Shown: positions 43,610 through 53,263, numbered from the stretch's first letter. The stretch: 64,000 bases of DNA from Actinomycetota bacterium (GCA_032230695.1 JAVXWP010000059.1:36080-100079), one strand, 5' to 3'. The notes: generated by a model from the sequence alone, not told the origin. Translations and numbers: made by a program.

Positions 43610-44257
43610 TTGACCGGCAATTTAACTGATCTGGTCCGCTCAGGTGAACTCACTCATTACGGAACATTGTTCACATTACACCGCGCAGCGGCTCAGCGAT
43701 TCGCGCGACGATACAATCGTGACCAATCCAATGTCAACGAGGTGGCGTCCCGCGCGTTCGAAAAGATACTGATGGCGTTGATCAATGGTCATGGACCCAA
43801 TGATGCCACTTTTTCGTCGTACCTATACATTGCGATCCGCAACGAGGCCGCCACCGTCGCGCGACGCGAGACACGAGAGCAGGCTTTGACTGAGAAGTTG
43901 GCGGCCCATCCACCCGACGGGAACGGCTGGGAACGTGCGGCATCCGACCTGGAGGACTCTTTGTGGTCACTTGCGGTGACCAGGGCATATCGTCGCCTTT
44001 CGGCGCGTCATCGATTCGTCCTATGGGCCACAGCTATCGACCGCCACAGCAAGACGGCGGTGTGCAAGGCGCTGGACCTGAGCCCCAATGCTGTTGATGC
44101 GCTGGCGTACCGCGCACGCAGGGCGCTGCGCCGACACCTCGCCATCGAACACCTGAGGGTGGAATCGGCACCACTTCCGGCACAGCGGGACGAATCATTT
44201 TTCCCTCATCCGGAAAAGGTCGAAAATTTCCCTTCACCCCGGATCGGGCACGAGTGA
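43610..44257 (+). CDS. ECF sigma factor, short or degenerate
   Basis: Probable TTG start after GAAGGA; AFEKIL...GHGP, FSSYLYIAIRN, LSARHRFVLW, LSPNAVDALAYRARRALRR; ends soon after LAIEHL. Confidence 0.72.
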   Translation: MTGNLTDLVRSGELTHYGTLFTLHRAAAQRFARRYNRDQSNVNEVASRAFEKILMALINGHGPNDATFSSYLYIAIRNEAATVARRETREQALTEKLAAHPPDGNGWERAASDLEDSLWSLAVTRAYRRLSARHRFVLWATAIDRHSKTAVCKALDLSPNAVDALAYRARRALRRHLAIEHLRVESAPLPAQRDESFFPHPEKVENFPSPRIGHE

Positions 44258-44286
44258 GATGAGATGGCCGGGAAGGCGCGCACGGT

Positions 44287-44323
44287 GCGTCCGCGTGTGG
44301 CCTACGCGTCCGCGTGTGGCCTA
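44287..44323. repeat. tandem duplication, 18-bp unit at 19-bp period
   Basis: GCGTCCGCGTGTGGCCTA at 44287-44304 and 44306-44323. Confidence 0.85.
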
Positions 44324-44362
44324 ACGGCATCTCGCCAACCTCCCAAAGGGCTATCACGCCGC

Positions 44363-44417
44363 GTCAAGGGGGCGACTATCCGACGGTGGTTCGGCTGGCC
44401 ACAGGGTGCCCCTTGAC
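44363..44417. repeat. 55-bp element bounded by 9-bp terminal inverted repeats
   Basis: GTCAAGGGG (44363-44371)...CCCCTTGAC (44409-44417). Confidence 0.5.
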
Positions 44418-44553
44418 CCGGCATGATCGGGCTACGCCAGGTCGACGAGATGCCGAACAGGCCACACACTTGTAGTTCGTCGTCACAAGCAACGCGTGAT
44501 CAGATGTCGGCCGTCTCCGCGCTTGCGGCACGCCGGGTCAAGGGAACCTTGGT

Positions 44554-44961
44554 TCAGCATTGATCCTTCGGGATGTAGCCCTGCTGACAGCCGTACTCAT
44601 GCTGAAGATCGCCCGAGGTCTTCTGTCGGCCTGCTCCTCCGGGATCGAGATAGCCTTGGTACTCGAGGCATTTGGCGTTGTACTTGCCCGCTTTGAGGGC
44701 ACGCTCTGCGCAACCCGGGCCGCTGGAAGAACTTGACTTCTTGACGGTGGATCGTGGCGCGCTGGTCGGTGTCGGTGTCGATATCGCTGGCGAGGCAGAT
44801 GGCTTCGATGGAGTAGCCGATGGAGTTTGCGGGACTTGTTGACTCGGCGACGCCGGGGGCGCCAGGGACTGGACGGGCGCAGGCGTGGACGGCTGCCCAC
44901 ACGCAGTCAGGGCAAGGCCCACAATGGCCGCTAGCAGCGTTCGAAAAGCCCGGCTCGTCAT
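44554..44961 (-). CDS. lipoprotein with Pro/Ser/Thr linker and small Cys-rich C-terminal domain
   Basis: MTSRAFRTLLAAIVGLALTA|C lipobox; low-complexity linker; four Cys in the last ~55 aa. Confidence 0.75.
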   Translation of the reverse strand: MTSRAFRTLLAAIVGLALTACGQPSTPAPVQSLAPPASPSQQVPQTPSATPSKPSASPAISTPTPTSAPRSTVKKSSSSSGPGCAERALKAGKYNAKCLEYQGYLDPGGAGRQKTSGDLQHEYGCQQGYIPKDQC

Positions 44962-45539
44962 GCATGGAAGTCGACTTGAATCGACCAAACGTTATAATTC
45001 CGCTTGGCTGACCGTCTGATTGTTACGCGCACAGCCCATCACGGAGAGGACCCCGGCTAGCTCGACAACTCAAGATCAATACCACGCTTTGTCCTCCATA
45101 ATCAACGCTTAAGCGACGCGTTCATGTTTTCGCTCGCGCCTGACAGCAGGGATGAATTGAACTTCTCCGCTATGGAACTCATCACTGCTGGCGTCGACCC
45201 TGCGAACAGTCAGCGGCCGTCTCGGTCTCGCAGGCGGCGGCTCGATAACACTTCGGGTCTCGCCACATATCGATGGCATCCTGGCCACCGGGCCGAACGG
45301 ACATCCACGGTCCGATGGCCAACTGCGGAGCGCACGGTCCCGGTAAGTGGCAGAAGTGCGGAGGACTCGACACCAGGCTTGAGTCGATGATCCGCAGATA
45401 CCGGTCGAAGACGGCCGGGAGGCCCGAAACACCAGATACCAGCCGCCCGTCCGGCCATGACTCACGGGAACGACTCATCGCGCGCTCATGCTGAGATAAC
45501 GTCGTGCACTCGGACACTTTGCTCGCATAGAGTTCGACT

Positions 45540-46016
45540 GTGCCTGATGACGAGATCGCGGTTGACGACCCACGTGCGGCGGATGTTTGGACATTGCTGG
45601 AGCACCACCTGGAGTTCACCAACTCCCAGAGCCCTCCTGAGGATGTCCATGCACTCGACGTGGAGGGTCTGCTCGACCCCGCCGTCACGTTCTTCAGCTT
45701 CCGCCTTGACGGGGTTCTTCTCGGAGTTGCAGCGCTGAAGCAGCTCAACGAACACCACGCCGAAGTGAAGTCCATGCACACCGCTTCGGCGGCGCGGGAC
45801 CGCGGGATCGGGCGAGCCCTGGTCGACCATCTCATCGATGTCGCCCGCGATCATGGCCTGGGGCGGTTGAGCCTTGAGACCGGGTCCATGGCAGCGTTCG
45901 CGCCTGCGCGCGCACTGTACGCAAATGCTGGATTTCAGCCGTGCGGGCCGTTCGGCAGTTATGTCCCCAGTCGTTACAGCACCTTTATGACGTTGGTGCT
46001 GGACGCCCAAAGGTGA
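45540..46016 (+). CDS. GNAT family N-acetyltransferase
   Basis: HAEVKSMHT..ARDRGIGRAL, LSLETGS..AFAPARALY...GF. Confidence 0.9.
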   Translation: MPDDEIAVDDPRAADVWTLLEHHLEFTNSQSPPEDVHALDVEGLLDPAVTFFSFRLDGVLLGVAALKQLNEHHAEVKSMHTASAARDRGIGRALVDHLIDVARDHGLGRLSLETGSMAAFAPARALYANAGFQPCGPFGSYVPSRYSTFMTLVLDAQR

Positions 46017-46095
46017 TGCGCGGCCGACGGTATTGATGCGCCATGTCAATGAGTCTGCATAGAGACTCCACCAACACACCACATGAGACAGGCTA

Positions 46096-47907
46096 TTAAG
46101 CGTGGCGGGTCATCACGTCCAGGATCGCGGTGTGGGAATCGCGGTGGGAATAGCCGCTGTAGACGGCGCCGATCTTGTGCACCGCTCCCCCGTGCAGGGT
46201 AAGGGTCGCCTTGATGGGCACGCTCCGATGCTTCTCGACCCGCGCGATCTCCTCATATGGCAGCCAAAGCGAGCCCTCACGGGCCGCCAGTGCCGTCGGT
46301 GAGTTCTCCATCAGCTGGAGTAGCACCGCTTTCCCGCTGTCGTTGTTCTTGGTCGTGCAGAGGACGAAGAGCAGGCCGAGGTCGGTGACGAACAGGTAGC
46401 CGAGCCGGTCGTCGATCTTGACGTGCGCGAGCGCGCCCGTGATCGTTGAACCCCGTGCCGACAACTGCGTGCTGCTTCCGGCGGCGGCCGCGGGGTCGAT
46501 ACCGAGCCCGGTAAGCGTGGCGCGGGCCCGGTCGGCACCCTCGGGAGTCGCCTCGAGCAGATCGTCGACGAACTCATAGCCGTCCACAGTGGACCCGTCC
46601 TGACGCTGGAACTCCGACACCTCGTCCCATCGGTGGGTATACCGGAGCGAACCGGCCTCGTACGCGGCGAGAAGCACGGCCGAGATGACCTCGTCCTCGA
46701 TGACGGCGACAGCCTGCTCGTCTCCGCCGCCGCAGAGGGCAAGGAGCATCTCCAAGCTTCCCTGTTCCTGCCGGGCGGACCGGGCGATCGACCGATACGC
46801 CTTGTCTGCGGACTCCCGAAGGAGCGCGAGCGTCGTTTCCAGCGGGTAAGTGTCCCAAGGGACCCGGCGGCGATCGCCGAAATCGAAGACGGCTGACTCG
46901 AGCCGCGTTGCGAGCAGGGCGGCGTCGGCCACCATGGCCAGCGCGGTCCGATCGTCCACATCGGACACCTCAGGCGCGGCTTCCAGCGCCCACAACCGAT
47001 CCGGGGTCGGCGGGTGAGTATCCCAGTGGGACGGCGGGCGGAACGGGACATCGGCCGTCACGAACCATTCGCGCCTGGCGTCGAGCAGTTCGGCGAAACC
47101 ACCGAAGATGTTGTCGGGCGCCAAGCCGACGGTGAGCCCTGCCTCGACGTAGGCGTGCAGATACCGGTCCCAGTCGCCGCCGAGCAGCGGCAGCGCTCGC
47201 AACGCCGACTGCGCCGCGGCACGGCCGGCGATCCGGCCCATGACCTTGTCCGCGTGGTACTCCTGGCGTCGGCTGGCCGCGCTCTGGGTGAGGATGAACA
47301 TCCTCGCGTAGCCGCGGAACAGCCAGGACAGCGGATTGAGCGTCGAGCGGGGAAACCGTTCGAGCATCCGGGCGACGGCCACGTGCCCCTGGTATCCGAG
47401 TGCGGTGAGCCTACCGTCTAGACGTCCATAGTGGCCGAACTCGTGGGCGAGCACGGCACGCATCTGCGGGTAGGACAAGCCCTGCAGCAGAGGGAAGCCG
47501 ATCAGCAGGATACGACGGCCGGGCAGGAGACCAAGAAGCCTTCGCCGTTCGACGACGGTCGCGTTCGGGACGGCGGTGATCCAGACCTGATCGGGCAGCC
47601 GCGTGCCGACCGTGTCCGCCAACTCGGTGAGCGTGCCCCACAGCCCGGGCGCGTCATCCCGGAGGAGCGGAATCCCCTTCGGTACGAATGGCTTCGCCTT
47701 GAACTGCAGCAGTGCAGCGACACCCGCGCCGAGCAGCAGGCCGAGTGTCAGACCGGCGAGAAGGAACAGCACGACGTTGTCGATGGCGCCCAGCAGCAGG
47801 CCTCCACCGAAGGCCAGCAGCACGAAGCACACGGCCACCACCGCGTAGAACCCCAGCAGGACGAGCAGGGCGAACATGGCCCTGACCACGGTCTTCCCTG
47901 GACGCAT
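46096..47907 (-). CDS. M48 (HtpX-like) membrane metallopeptidase with long C-terminal extension
   Basis: Two N-terminal TMs, VLAHEFGHY, RRQEYHAD, THPPTPDRL; start chosen at ATG 47907 (the track extension overlaps the marR remnant). Confidence 0.85.
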   Translation of the reverse strand: MRPGKTVVRAMFALLVLLGFYAVVAVCFVLLAFGGGLLLGAIDNVVLFLLAGLTLGLLLGAGVAALLQFKAKPFVPKGIPLLRDDAPGLWGTLTELADTVGTRLPDQVWITAVPNATVVERRRLLGLLPGRRILLIGFPLLQGLSYPQMRAVLAHEFGHYGRLDGRLTALGYQGHVAVARMLERFPRSTLNPLSWLFRGYARMFILTQSAASRRQEYHADKVMGRIAGRAAAQSALRALPLLGGDWDRYLHAYVEAGLTVGLAPDNIFGGFAELLDARREWFVTADVPFRPPSHWDTHPPTPDRLWALEAAPEVSDVDDRTALAMVADAALLATRLESAVFDFGDRRRVPWDTYPLETTLALLRESADKAYRSIARSARQEQGSLEMLLALCGGGDEQAVAVIEDEVISAVLLAAYEAGSLRYTHRWDEVSEFQRQDGSTVDGYEFVDDLLEATPEGADRARATLTGLGIDPAAAAGSSTQLSARGSTITGALAHVKIDDRLGYLFVTDLGLLFVLCTTKNNDSGKAVLLQLMENSPTALAAREGSLWLPYEEIARVEKHRSVPIKATLTLHGGAVHKIGAVYSGYSHRDSHTAILDVMTRHA

Positions 47908-48017
47908 GGGGCACATTACCCACTCCCCGCGTCCAAAGTGTCCCATTCCTGTGAAGACCTCCTTCCCCTTGTTTTGCCGTTTACTGCCGCCGGGCGTTCG
48001 AGGAATCTCGGGCGCGT

Positions 48018-48209
48018 TCCAGCGGTCAGCGAGATGATGTTGCGCCGCCGATCGGAGGGGTCCGGGGCGCGCTCGACCAGTTCGCGAGCGGCGAGCTCGT
48101 TGATCGTCGCGACCATGTCGCCGACGTGGATGCCGCGACGGCGACACAGCGCGGCCCGGCTGGCCGGGCCCAACTCCTCCAGCGTCCAACGAATCATTGG
48201 ATGCACCAA
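48018..48209 (-). pseudogene. MarR-family regulator remnant
   Basis: LEELGPASRAALCRRRGIHVGDMVATINELAARELVERAPDPSDRRRNIISLTA winged-helix core only; both ends missing; divergent from the epoxide hydrolase. Confidence 0.75.
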
Positions 48210-48289
48210 TGATTATGCTATCGTTGGTGGAGCCAACGTTAGTCGACCGAACATTTGGGCGCCGAATGAATCCCCCTGGAGTAGAGACC

Positions 48290-49447
48290 ATGATCAAGCC
48301 GTTCCGCATCGACATCCCCCAGGCCGACCTCGACGACCTGACCGACCGGCTCTCCCGCACCCGTTGGCCCAACGAGGTCGCCGACGCCGGGTGGGACTAC
48401 GGCTTCCCGCTGGCGCGGCTCAAGGAACTGGCCGAATACTGGCGCACCGGCTACGACTGGCGCGAGCACGAGGCCAAGCTCAACGAGCTTCCGCATTTCA
48501 CCACCGAGATCGACGGCCAGAACATCCACTTCGTCCACGTCCGATCTTCGAAACCGGACGCGCTCGCGCTGATCCTCACCCACGGCTGGCCCGGTTCGTT
48601 CCTGGAGTTCCTCGACGTGATCGAGCCGCTGTCGCGCGACTTCCACCTGGTGATTCCGTCCATCCCGGGTTACGGCTTCTCCGGGCCGACCCACGAGCGC
48701 GGCTGGGATATCGCCCGGGTCGCGCGGGCCTGGTCTGAGCTGATGCGCCGTCTCGAGTACGAGCGCTATGGCGCGCAGGGTGGCGACTTCGGCTCGGGCA
48801 TCTCAACGGCGCTCGGTGCGGTGGCACCCGAGCAGGTCGTCGGGGTGCACGTCAACTACCTGCCGACCCGGCCGGTCCCGGACGCCGACTTTGAACTGTC
48901 CGAAACGGATGAAGCTCGGCTGGACAAGGTCAGGCAGCTCATGGCGAATCGTCCGCCGTACCAGGCTCTGCAGGCCACCACCCCGCAGACCATCGGCTAC
49001 GCGCTGACCGACTCGCCGGTCGGCCAGCTGGCCTGGATCGCCGAGCGCTTCGCACAGTGGACGGACCCTCGCTCGCAGATCAGTGACGAGCGGATGCTCA
49101 CCGACATCTCGCTGTACTGGCTGACCGCCACCGCGGCTTCCTCGGCGCGGCTGCACCGCGAGACTCCGCGTCGGATCGAGCCGTGTCCGGTACCGGTTGG
49201 CGTGGCGGTGTTCGCGCACGACATCACGCAGTCGGTGCGACCGCTGGCCGAGCGGCTGTACGACATCCGGCACTGGTCGGAGTTCGAGCGCGGTGGCCAC
49301 TTCGCCGCGATGGAGGTGCCGGAGCTGCTCGCCGAGGACGTCCGAGACTTTTTCCTTACCCACGTCGAGTACGACGACCGGGTCGCAGCACCTGCCAGTC
49401 ATAGCGGCGTCGTCAGCGCACCTGACGACGCCAGATCGAGGGGCTGA
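48290..49447 (+). CDS. microsomal-type epoxide hydrolase (EHN plus alpha/beta hydrolase)
   Basis: PFRIDIPQADLDDL, HGWPGS, PSIPGYGFS, QGGDFG nucleophile, GGHFAAME. Confidence 0.93.
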   Translation: MIKPFRIDIPQADLDDLTDRLSRTRWPNEVADAGWDYGFPLARLKELAEYWRTGYDWREHEAKLNELPHFTTEIDGQNIHFVHVRSSKPDALALILTHGWPGSFLEFLDVIEPLSRDFHLVIPSIPGYGFSGPTHERGWDIARVARAWSELMRRLEYERYGAQGGDFGSGISTALGAVAPEQVVGVHVNYLPTRPVPDADFELSETDEARLDKVRQLMANRPPYQALQATTPQTIGYALTDSPVGQLAWIAERFAQWTDPRSQISDERMLTDISLYWLTATAASSARLHRETPRRIEPCPVPVGVAVFAHDITQSVRPLAERLYDIRHWSEFERGGHFAAMEVPELLAEDVRDFFLTHVEYDDRVAAPASHSGVVSAPDDARSRG

Positions 49448-49456
49448 CGCCGCGGG

Positions 49457-49672
49457 CGTCACATCGACGTCGATCCCGAGGTCTTTGTCGAGCGCCAGGT
49501 CGCCTACGGCGTCCCACCCGACGTCGTACGACTGCTCACCGGCCTCCTCGTGGCCGTCCGCGACGGCCGGAGCGCCACGCTCTCCGACGGCGTCGAACGA
49601 GCCCTCGGCCGCCCACCCAGGCCATTCGAGGACTACGTCGCCGAGACCGCCGCCGCGGGCGGCTGGGACTGA
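49457..49672 (+). pseudogene. 3' fragment of an NmrA-like NAD(P)-binding protein
   Basis: Frame without a start: RHIDVDPEVFVERQVAYGVPPDVVRLL...SATLSDGVERALGRPPRPFEDYVAETAAAGGWD*. Confidence 0.7.
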
Positions 49673-49815
49673 GGTGCGGGTGTGCCGACGCGACAACGTT
49701 CTCCTGGTGATATTTGTGTTTACTGTCCTCGCAGAATGATGTGGAGTTGTGTCCGGATAGGACGGTCAGCGACTCCTTGTGCAAGGGGCCAAACGTAATG
49801 TGAAAAACCTCCATA

Positions 49816-49849
49816 GCTGCGCAGCGTGAGCTGAGTCACGCTGCGCAGC
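49816..49849. promoter_or_regulatory. perfect 14-bp inverted repeat abutting the start codon of the BASS transporter
   Basis: GCTGCGCAGCGTGA-GCTGAG-TCACGCTGCGCAGC then ATG at 49850. Confidence 0.6.
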
Positions 49850-50737
49850 ATGAGCGATTCGATTCTGGGTTCCCTTCTACTGCCGCTCGCCGTCGCCGTC
49901 GTCATGCTCGGACTCGGGATGTCGCTGGTCCGGGACGACTTCGTGCGTGCTGTCCGGCGGCCCCGTGTGGTCCTGGTCGCGCTGGCATGCCAACTCGTGG
50001 TGGTACCGCTGATCGGGGTCGCGCTGATCATGATCTTTCGGCCGGAGCCCGCGCATGCGGTGGGGGTCATGCTGCTCGTCGCGACGCCCGGCGGCACCCT
50101 CGCCAACCTCTACAGCCACCTGTGCGGAGCCGACGTCGCGCTGAATCTCACGCTCACCGCTGTCACCTCGGTGATCTCGGTGATCTCCATTCCGCTCATC
50201 ATCAACGCGTCCATCGCCGCCATGCTCGACGACGGGCAGAGTATCGGGATGCAGCCGGACAAGGTGCTGCAGGTGATGGCCATCGTGCTCGTGCCCGTGG
50301 TGCTGGGCATGCTCGTGCGCCGAGCCTGGCCCGGCCTCGCGGAGCGGATGGCGCGTCCCGTGAAGGTGCTCTCGGTGATCACTCTGGCGACGGCGATCGT
50401 CGCGGCGATCGTGTCCGAATGGGCGCACCTCGCGGAGGCGTTCGCCAGCGTAGGCCTGGTCGTGACACTGCTCTTGGTGACGAGCCTGGCTGTCGGCTAT
50501 TTCGCACCCCGGTTGTTCGCCGTCCCCGAGCGTCAGGCCGTGGCGGCCTCCCTGGAGATCGGACTGCACAACACGCCCTTGGCGATTGCGATCGCGCTGA
50601 GCCCCCTTCTACTGGGTGATCCGCAAATGGCGTTCGCCCCCGCGACGTACTCACTGGTCGCGCTGCTTGTCGGCGGTGCGTACGCATGGGTGATGAGCCG
50701 GCGTCTCGCGACGACCAAGGAGACCACATCGGCATAA
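49850..50737 (+). CDS. bile acid:sodium symporter (BASS) family transporter
   Basis: MLGLGMSL, ATPGGTLANLYSHL..ADVAL, LEIGLHN; about 8-9 TMs. Confidence 0.92.
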   Translation: MSDSILGSLLLPLAVAVVMLGLGMSLVRDDFVRAVRRPRVVLVALACQLVVVPLIGVALIMIFRPEPAHAVGVMLLVATPGGTLANLYSHLCGADVALNLTLTAVTSVISVISIPLIINASIAAMLDDGQSIGMQPDKVLQVMAIVLVPVVLGMLVRRAWPGLAERMARPVKVLSVITLATAIVAAIVSEWAHLAEAFASVGLVVTLLLVTSLAVGYFAPRLFAVPERQAVAASLEIGLHNTPLAIAIALSPLLLGDPQMAFAPATYSLVALLVGGAYAWVMSRRLATTKETTSA

Positions 50738-50766
50738 TTCCGCCCAATGTGACATATCGTGCTTGC

Positions 50767-51927
50767 ATGTCGATGGAGACGGGTATGCAGCGTCTGTTCA
50801 CCCTCGTCGGCGAGCACCTCGACGAGGTGGTCGAGCGCTCGGTGGCACGCGTGCGGATCGACACCCCACAGTTCGCCGAGCTGCCGCCGGACGAGATGCG
50901 GCCCGCGATCCGTTCCGGATTCGTCGCCGCCTTGGCGGCGTTCCGTGAGGACAGGCCAGCTACCGTGGACGACCTCGCGGAGCTCCGCAAGCTCGGCGCC
51001 CGCCGGGCCGAGCAGGGCATCCCCCTCCAGGCCCTGGTGCACGGATTCCGGCTGGCGGCACGGGTCGCCATCGAGACCGCTCATGAGTACAACGACCGGT
51101 ACGAGCTCGCCGTGTACGAGGCGGACCTCCACTCGATGACACAACGCGTGTGGGAATGGGTCGTCGACGCGCTCGCCGTAGCGTCCCAGGCCCATCACCA
51201 CGTGGAGCTGGAAATGGCCCGGATGGGCTCCGGTCCGCGCGCGGATTTCATCAGACGTCTGCTGATGGGCTCGTTCAGCAGGGCAGACACGATGTCATTG
51301 GCGCCGCTGCACGGACTCGACCCGGAGCGGACCTATCGCGCGTTCCGAGCACCGCTCGACGGTCTGCGCGCTCGCCAGCGACTCGAGCACGTGCTCGGCG
51401 TCTCGGCGCTCCACGACGTCGTCGACGGGGACCTCGCCGGCGTCCTTCTCCACGCCCCGAACCGCAGTCCCGACCTGATCGCGTTCGGTCTCGCCGTCCC
51501 GCTGACCTCGATAGCCGATTCCTTCGCGCAGGCGACCATCGCGCTCAGGACCGCCCGCCTGTACTGCCTCGACGGTGCCGTCTCCATCAGCCACGTTGCC
51601 GCGCGCGCGGGAGCGGTCGCAGGCCACGCATTGGCGGAGATCGCCTACGAACGCTGCTTCGCCTCCCTCCCGCAGCCGCGTGACCAGCGGTGGACCTTCG
51701 AGGAGACCCTCAGCGCGCACCTCGAGCACGACCTGAGGTTCGACGAGACCGCCCGCAAGCTGCACATCCACCCGAACTCGTTGCGGTACCGCATCCGCAG
51801 GTTCGAGGAGCTGAGTGGCCTGCGTGTGGACCATGTCGAGGACACCGTCACCATCTGGTGGGCGCTACAGCATCTGCGCTACGCGGGCGACGATTCGGCG
51901 TTGGACAAGCCGACAAACGTGTTCTGA
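50767..51927 (+). CDS. PucR/CdaR-family transcriptional regulator
   Basis: N-terminal ARRAEQGIPLQALVHGFR domain; C-terminal ETARKLHIHPNSLRYRIRRFEEL HTH. Confidence 0.9.
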   Translation: MSMETGMQRLFTLVGEHLDEVVERSVARVRIDTPQFAELPPDEMRPAIRSGFVAALAAFREDRPATVDDLAELRKLGARRAEQGIPLQALVHGFRLAARVAIETAHEYNDRYELAVYEADLHSMTQRVWEWVVDALAVASQAHHHVELEMARMGSGPRADFIRRLLMGSFSRADTMSLAPLHGLDPERTYRAFRAPLDGLRARQRLEHVLGVSALHDVVDGDLAGVLLHAPNRSPDLIAFGLAVPLTSIADSFAQATIALRTARLYCLDGAVSISHVAARAGAVAGHALAEIAYERCFASLPQPRDQRWTFEETLSAHLEHDLRFDETARKLHIHPNSLRYRIRRFEELSGLRVDHVEDTVTIWWALQHLRYAGDDSALDKPTNVF

Positions 51928-51990
51928 ATCCTCACTGTGGTCCGGGCTCCCCGGCGTCGTCACGCTGGGAGCCCCACCCGAGAGGAAGAA

Positions 51991-53055
51991 ATGATCGCTC
52001 ACCGCAACGTTCTGCGCTCGGTCCTGACCGCGCTCGTCATGCTCTTCGGACTTCTCACTCCTGCCCTCCCCGCGGCGGCCGCCACTCCCGGCGTGCAGAT
52101 CCCGCAAGACGAGTCCCCCCACGACACGGCCCGCGAGTGGTGGTACTACACCGGCAACCTGACGGGAACCGACGCACAAGGCGGTCGCCACCAGTACGGC
52201 TACGAGCTCGTGGTGTTCCGCTCGCGGGTCGCCTACCCCGACCTCGCGGGTTACGCGGGGAACCTCGCGGTCACCGATCTGACCGACGACACGTTCACGT
52301 GGGAGGCGAAGGTCGACGTCCGGCCCGACACCCTGCCGTCCGGAGGTGGTTTCGACCTCACGGTCGTCGACTGGAAGACCTCGGGCAAGGGCGGCGCCGA
52401 CAAGATCGACGCCGGTTTCACCGACGGGTCCTTCCGGCTCCAGCTGAACCTGAGCCAGACCAAGCCGCCCGCCCTGCACGGGAACCTGCGCGGCGTCAAA
52501 GGCCTCATCCCGTACGGGCCCTGGGGCGAGTCTTTCTACTACTCCTACACCGACCTCAAGACCACGGGAACCATCTACGACCACGGCAAGCCCATAGCGG
52601 TGACCGGCCGCTCGTGGATGGATCACCAGTACGGCGACTTCAAGACCGGTTATGGACAGTGGGACTGGTACAGCATCCAGCTGACCAACGGAAGCCAGTA
52701 CATGGTTTACCTGATCGCCGATGAAACCGGGAAGTTGGTCGAGAAGATCGGCACCCTGATCCGGCCGGACGGGACCACGGTCGACCTGGACAGCTCGCAG
52801 CTGTCCGACAAGGCGTTGGGTTCCTGGACGAGCCCGGCGACCGGGCTGACCTACTCCAGCGGATGGAGGGTGAACGTACCCGGCGGCTTCTTCGTGGTGC
52901 TGCCCAAACGCGCGGACCAGGAAGTGGCGTGGCCCGGTGCGCCCGGCGGCGCGTACTGGGAAGGTGCGAGCCTGGTGACCGGCGTCATCAACGGCCAGCC
53001 CGTGGCCGGCCAGGGCTACACGGAGGTCACCACCCCCGGAATCGCCTTCGACTGA
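51991..53055 (+). CDS. secreted lipocalin-like / carotenoid 1,2-hydratase (CrtC/AttH)-like protein
   Basis: Signal peptide ..PAAAA; EWWYYTG, SFYYSY, WMDHQY, WDWYSIQL, YWEG, GQGYTE motifs. Confidence 0.85.
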   Translation: MIAHRNVLRSVLTALVMLFGLLTPALPAAAATPGVQIPQDESPHDTAREWWYYTGNLTGTDAQGGRHQYGYELVVFRSRVAYPDLAGYAGNLAVTDLTDDTFTWEAKVDVRPDTLPSGGGFDLTVVDWKTSGKGGADKIDAGFTDGSFRLQLNLSQTKPPALHGNLRGVKGLIPYGPWGESFYYSYTDLKTTGTIYDHGKPIAVTGRSWMDHQYGDFKTGYGQWDWYSIQLTNGSQYMVYLIADETGKLVEKIGTLIRPDGTTVDLDSSQLSDKALGSWTSPATGLTYSSGWRVNVPGGFFVVLPKRADQEVAWPGAPGGAYWEGASLVTGVINGQPVAGQGYTEVTTPGIAFD

Positions 53056-53263
53056 CGAGTAGCCGTCACGCTGATCGTCGGCCGGCCATTCGACCGTGCG
53101 CGGTCACATGGCTGGCCGACGACGCGCGGCACTGCGGGGGTCATCGGGGCGTTCGTTCCTGCCCGCTCATGGCTCACGGGACGTCGTAATTCCTCGGTTC
53201 CAGATGTCGGGACTTCGCCCACTAAGCCAGCCGGCGCCGTGTATACGGTCGCCGGGCCGCTCC

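Noticed and set aside
45000-45539. Several short overlapping ORFs in a 540-nt gap
   Set aside because: No RBS, motif or codon pattern that I can support; possibly decayed DNA. BLASTx is needed.
47908-48372. 155-aa extension of the M48 ORF
   Set aside because: It runs through the marR remnant and the start of the epoxide hydrolase; an open frame by chance.
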